This document shows positions 63,640-64,000 of a stretch of DNA of 64,000 nucleotides, piece by piece; position 1 is the first letter of the stretch; every line of letters begins with the position of its first letter. Source of the stretch: Eledone cirrhosa (Eukaryota). The notes beneath the pieces were generated by a model, which saw only the letters and a program-made list of their open reading frames with translations, was not told where the DNA came from and did not search any database. Where the stretch lies: positions 62,001 through 126,000 of the forward strand of contig CAXHJY010001714.1 of the NCBI GenBank assembly GCA_964016885.1, written 5' to 3'. A program made the position numbers and the translations under genes.

Positions 63640-64000
63640 AGAATACTTTGCTGATCTCCCAAACCTGATGTAATCAAGGTGCATCTGGGAGCGGTGGCTT
63701 ATCTACCCGAGGCTGAGGTCACAAGGGCAGATAAAGTGCTCAAATGTGGCAAGGCCGCTGGGGAATATGAAATTCGGCCCGAGATGTTAAAAGCCTTAAA
63801 TAGAGACGGTAGTGTGCCTAGTGGCCTGGATCTCTAGAAAGTCACCTAATCAATGGCAAGTAGTCAAGAAATTGTGGAAGTATTGCCAAGAGGTATATTC
63901 TTGTTTTGTCGACCTTGAAAAGGCATATGACCGCATTCCTCGGGATCTGCTGTGGAAGGTTATGCAGTAGTATGGGATCGATGGTCAGTTTCTTGTAGCT
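63640..64000 (+). pseudogene. Decayed RTE-type reverse transcriptase fragment, running off the window
   Basis: KCGKAAGEYEIRPEMLKAL and CFVDLEKAYDRIPRDLLWKVMQ*YGIDG. Confidence 0.8.

Overview
AT-rich eukaryotic, repeat-dominated DNA with no confidently identifiable host gene. The SINE families, (TA)n/(CA)n/(CAT)n density and RTE LINE suggest a coleoid cephalopod such as Octopus (inference). Main contents: (1) a near-intact minus-strand RTE LINE (~14.9-19.2 kb) whose ~1076-codon APE-RT frame has a single in-frame TGA just before YADD and a PHD-type C4HC3 finger inside the RT; (2) a 35-bp satellite (~2.3 kb, next to a Helitron-like end) and a 40-bp satellite (~8 kb); (3) three short LTR elements with tRNA-Trp PBSs and 4-bp TSDs, one carrying only an intact Gypsy integrase between mismatched LTRs and nested in a Helitron minisatellite; (4) a decayed Chapaev3-like transposon, hAT, L1/Tx1 and RTE fossils, piggyBac- and pogo-type MITEs, and many tRNA-derived SINEs; (5) palindromic Penelope-like remnants with minimal hammerhead motifs in (TA)n tracts; (6) a ~455-bp fold-back with a tRNA-like Pol III unit in each arm. 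All calls come from reading the sequence by eye; family names need database confirmation.
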